Source: Propionibacteriaceae bacterium
Lineage (GTDB): Bacteria > Actinomycetota > Actinomycetes > Propionibacteriales > Propionibacteriaceae
Reading direction: 5' to 3'
Length of the DNA stretch: 64,000 nt
NCBI GenBank assembly: GCA_030532575.1
Contig: JAUNKV010000004.1
Location: 53,243-117,242 of the forward strand
The position numbers were made by a program, and so were the translations under genes. Shown here in pieces: positions 61,975-64,000 of the stretch. The notes under the pieces are model-generated. The model made no database searches. It was given only the letters and a program-made list of their open reading frames with translations, and was not told where the DNA came from. The first letter of the stretch is position 1. The number at the start of each line of letters is the position of its first letter.

Positions 61975-62907
61975 ATGGAGAACACTCATGCCACGCATGT
62001 GGCTGCTGCTCGGATGATGCAGGCGGGAGTTGTTGCGCAGGCCGCGTTGGATGGCCGCCCGGAGGCGGTTCGAGCGGCTGCGGGGGTTCCTCGGCAGCGG
62101 TTGGAGGAGCTGGTGGAGCGGGGACGGCTGGGGAAGGCCCAGCTGATCGCTTTCACCCGCCCGATGGTGGTCGCGGCGTTGCGGGAGGACTTGGCGCGAC
62201 GTCGTGGCCCGGCTGGGGATGATCTGTTGTCGGCGGCGCAAACCCATGTCGCGGAGCAGATCACCACCTGGGATGAGACCCGGGGCCGGTTGGCCGGGTG
62301 GGTGTGGCAGGTCGCACGCCAGGAGGCGGGGCGGTGGGTGACCCGCGGCCGTACCTCGGAGCAGGCCCTGAAACGTCACGAAACCTTGAGCGAGTCTGTG
62401 GAGGACCACGCTCACACAGCGGCGCTTGACTCTCCCACCTTGGGTGTGGAGGAGCAGGTGATGCAGGCCTGGAGTGTCCAGGAGCTTCGCCAGCGCATCA
62501 CGCAGCTGGACCCGACTGTTCGGGATGTGGTCACGGCCCGGTTTGGCCTGGCCACCGGGGAGGTGGAGACCCGCGCCTCCATCGGGAACCGCCTGGGCCT
62601 GTCAGTTACGACGGTCCAGCGGATCGAGGCCCGGGCGGTGCAGGAGCTGCGGCAGGTGCAGCGCACCGAGATCGACCAGTCCCTCCCCGGCCTGTCAGCG
62701 CGGTTGCGTGATGCTGTTCCTCGCGAGCTGGTGGCCCGCCTGGGCCGGGAGCAGAAGCAGCGTGCAGCAGTCAATGAGCCACGGCCGTTGATCGACCGAA
62801 TCAAGGAGCGGGCAGAAGCGGCCCGGAATGAGTCGCAGCTGAGTCGCTGGATGACAGCGCAGCAACCAGACAGGAACAGGGATCGAGAGGAAGGACCAGA
62901 ACGATGA
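61975..62907 (+). CDS. Sigma-70-family RNA polymerase sigma factor encoded by the element
   Basis: Region 4 HTH 'ETRASIGNRLGLSVTTVQRIEARAVQELRQ' and a region-2-like segment upstream. GGAG RBS before ATG 61975. Confidence 0.6.
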   Translation: MENTHATHVAAARMMQAGVVAQAALDGRPEAVRAAAGVPRQRLEELVERGRLGKAQLIAFTRPMVVAALREDLARRRGPAGDDLLSAAQTHVAEQITTWDETRGRLAGWVWQVARQEAGRWVTRGRTSEQALKRHETLSESVEDHAHTAALDSPTLGVEEQVMQAWSVQELRQRITQLDPTVRDVVTARFGLATGEVETRASIGNRLGLSVTTVQRIEARAVQELRQVQRTEIDQSLPGLSARLRDAVPRELVARLGREQKQRAAVNEPRPLIDRIKERAEAARNESQLSRWMTAQQPDRNRDREEGPER

Positions 62908-62940
62908 CCACACAGACGAGCTGGGGAGGGGGTGGCGCTG

Positions 62941-63099
62941 ATGACTGCGATGCAGATGGTCTTGGCTGTGGTGTTGCTGTTGGTGGCGGTGCGGGTGGCC
63001 GGGCTGGTACTGGCCCTGCTCGCGGAGCTGCGCCGCTGGGTCCTGGGAGCCATCGGGTTGATCCTGGCGGCCGCCCTGGTCGCGGAACTCCTCACCTAG
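62941..63099 (+). CDS. 52-aa hydrophobic (2-TM) peptide
   Basis: 'MTAMQMVLAVVLLLVAVRVAGLVLALLAELRRWVLGAIGLILAAALVAELLT'. Preferred over the overlapping Gly-rich frame-0 ORF 62904..63110. Confidence 0.4.
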   Translation: MTAMQMVLAVVLLLVAVRVAGLVLALLAELRRWVLGAIGLILAAALVAELLT

Positions 63100-63109
63100 G
63101 AGGTCTGTG

Positions 63110-64000
63110 ATGAAGAAGGGGATCGTGGTGTTCGCGGGCATCGTTGCCGCGCTGGTGGCGTATGCCGCAAACGTGATCTCGGCGGGGTTGCGGGTGGGCG
63201 CTGAGCCGTCGGTGTCGTGGGTGGTGCGTCTGCCGGATGCGGCCCGTCGGGTGGTGACGTGGCCACCATCGTGGTCGTGGGAGCCTCGCGACCTGGTGAT
63301 CGCGGCCGGGGCTGCCGTGTTTACTGGATTGCTGATCGCCGCCTGGGCCGTGACCCAGCCTCAGCGCTCCGGCGAGGAACACGGCTCCGCCCGCTGGGGC
63401 AAGCCCCGCGATCTGAAACCGTTTATGGACCCGGACATCGAGAAGAACGTGTGGTTGACCAGGGAGCACCGGCTCCGCATCACCCGCGCCCGGAAGCCAG
63501 AGCATCAGCGCAACCTCAACATCTTGTGTATCGGCGGCTCCGGCGCGGGCAAGTCCCGGTTCTTTGTGATGCCGAATCTGGCGCGTGGTCTGTCGTCGGT
63601 GGTGGTGACGGATCCGAAGGGTGAGCTGCTGCGGGAGTGCCGTCCTGGGTTGGAGCAGGCCGGGTTCCAGGTGCGAGTGCTGAACCTCATCGACTTCAGC
63701 AAGTCCGACGGCTTCAACCCGCTGGCATATCTGCGCCCTGGGCATGAGCCGGAAGATGTCGCGCTGTTGGTGCGCACGATCATTGCGAACACCAGCGCAC
63801 CGGGGCAGAAACCTTCGGGCGGTGACCCGTTCTGGGAACGAGCTGAAGCCGCAGTGCTGAACGCGCTGATCGCATTCGTCGCCGCCACCGCCCCACCAGA
63901 GAAGCAGAACCTGGGCGAGGTGATGGACCTGCTGTCGCAGATGCAGGCCAGCAAGGACGACGCCCTCTCCCCCGTCGATGAGCTGTTCCTCCAGGCCGGT
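63110..64000 (+). CDS. Type IV coupling protein (TraG/VirD4/TcpA family), 3'-truncated at window edge
   Basis: AGGAGG RBS, ATG 63110, N-terminal TM helices, Walker A 'CIGGSGAGKSRFFVMPNL' and 'VVVTDPKGEL'. Absent from the ORF track because no stop occurs before the window end. Confidence 0.85.
   Translation, partial: MKKGIVVFAGIVAALVAYAANVISAGLRVGAEPSVSWVVRLPDAARRVVTWPPSWSWEPRDLVIAAGAAVFTGLLIAAWAVTQPQRSGEEHGSARWGKPRDLKPFMDPDIEKNVWLTREHRLRITRARKPEHQRNLNILCIGGSGAGKSRFFVMPNLARGLSSVVVTDPKGELLRECRPGLEQAGFQVRVLNLIDFSKSDGFNPLAYLRPGHEPEDVALLVRTIIANTSAPGQKPSGGDPFWERAEAAVLNALIAFVAATAPPEKQNLGEVMDLLSQMQASKDDALSPVDELFLQAG

Noticed and set aside
62904-63110. 68-aa Gly-rich ORF in the track
   Set aside because: Low-complexity Gly/Ala composition. 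The overlapping frame starting at 62941 encodes a clean 2-TM hydrophobic peptide, which is more plausible as a gene.

Overview
This is a high-GC (about 68%) actinobacterial chromosomal window. Gene order closely follows the Mycobacterium tuberculosis lysA-hom-thrB-rho-rpmE-prfA-prmC-sua5-rfe-atpBEFHAGDC block and the whiB1-pdtaS-rshA-sigH-aroA-rsgA block. A methylmalonyl-CoA epimerase gene suggests a Propionibacteriaceae-like organism. Chromosomal content from 1 to about 51.4 kb: a Zn-uptake permease tail and zur, recO, mgtC, a serine hydrolase, uppS, pgm, mce, nucS, a PduO-type adenosyltransferase, the complete F1Fo ATP synthase operon, rfe/wecA, sua5, prmC, prfA, rpmE, rho, thrB, hom, lysA, tRNA-Arg(CCG), a GT87 membrane glycosyltransferase, kgd (fused E1/E2 2-oxoglutarate dehydrogenase), galK, whiB1-like, a PdtaS-like histidine kinase, a tiny Arg-rich bL37-like peptide ORF, rshA-sigH, a DoxX protein, aroA, rsgA, hisN, serA and a five-gene peptide/nickel ABC transporter operon. 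At the initiator tRNA-Met (51414-51490) the sequence changes abruptly to G/T-ending codon usage. From there to the window edge it encodes an integrated conjugative element. Its genes are an XRE regulator, an excisionase-like HTH, a Rep-like HTH protein with internal iteron/palindrome repeats, a TrbL/VirB6-like membrane protein, lipoproteins, a TcpE-like protein, a VirB4-family ATPase, a CHAP plus lytic-transglycosylase cell-wall hydrolase, two hypotheticals, an element-encoded sigma-70-family factor, a small TM peptide, and a TraG/VirD4-type coupling protein that is absent from the ORF track. This element, running off the 3' end of the window, is the most notable feature. All calls are from reading the sequence and ORF translations; no database searches were run.
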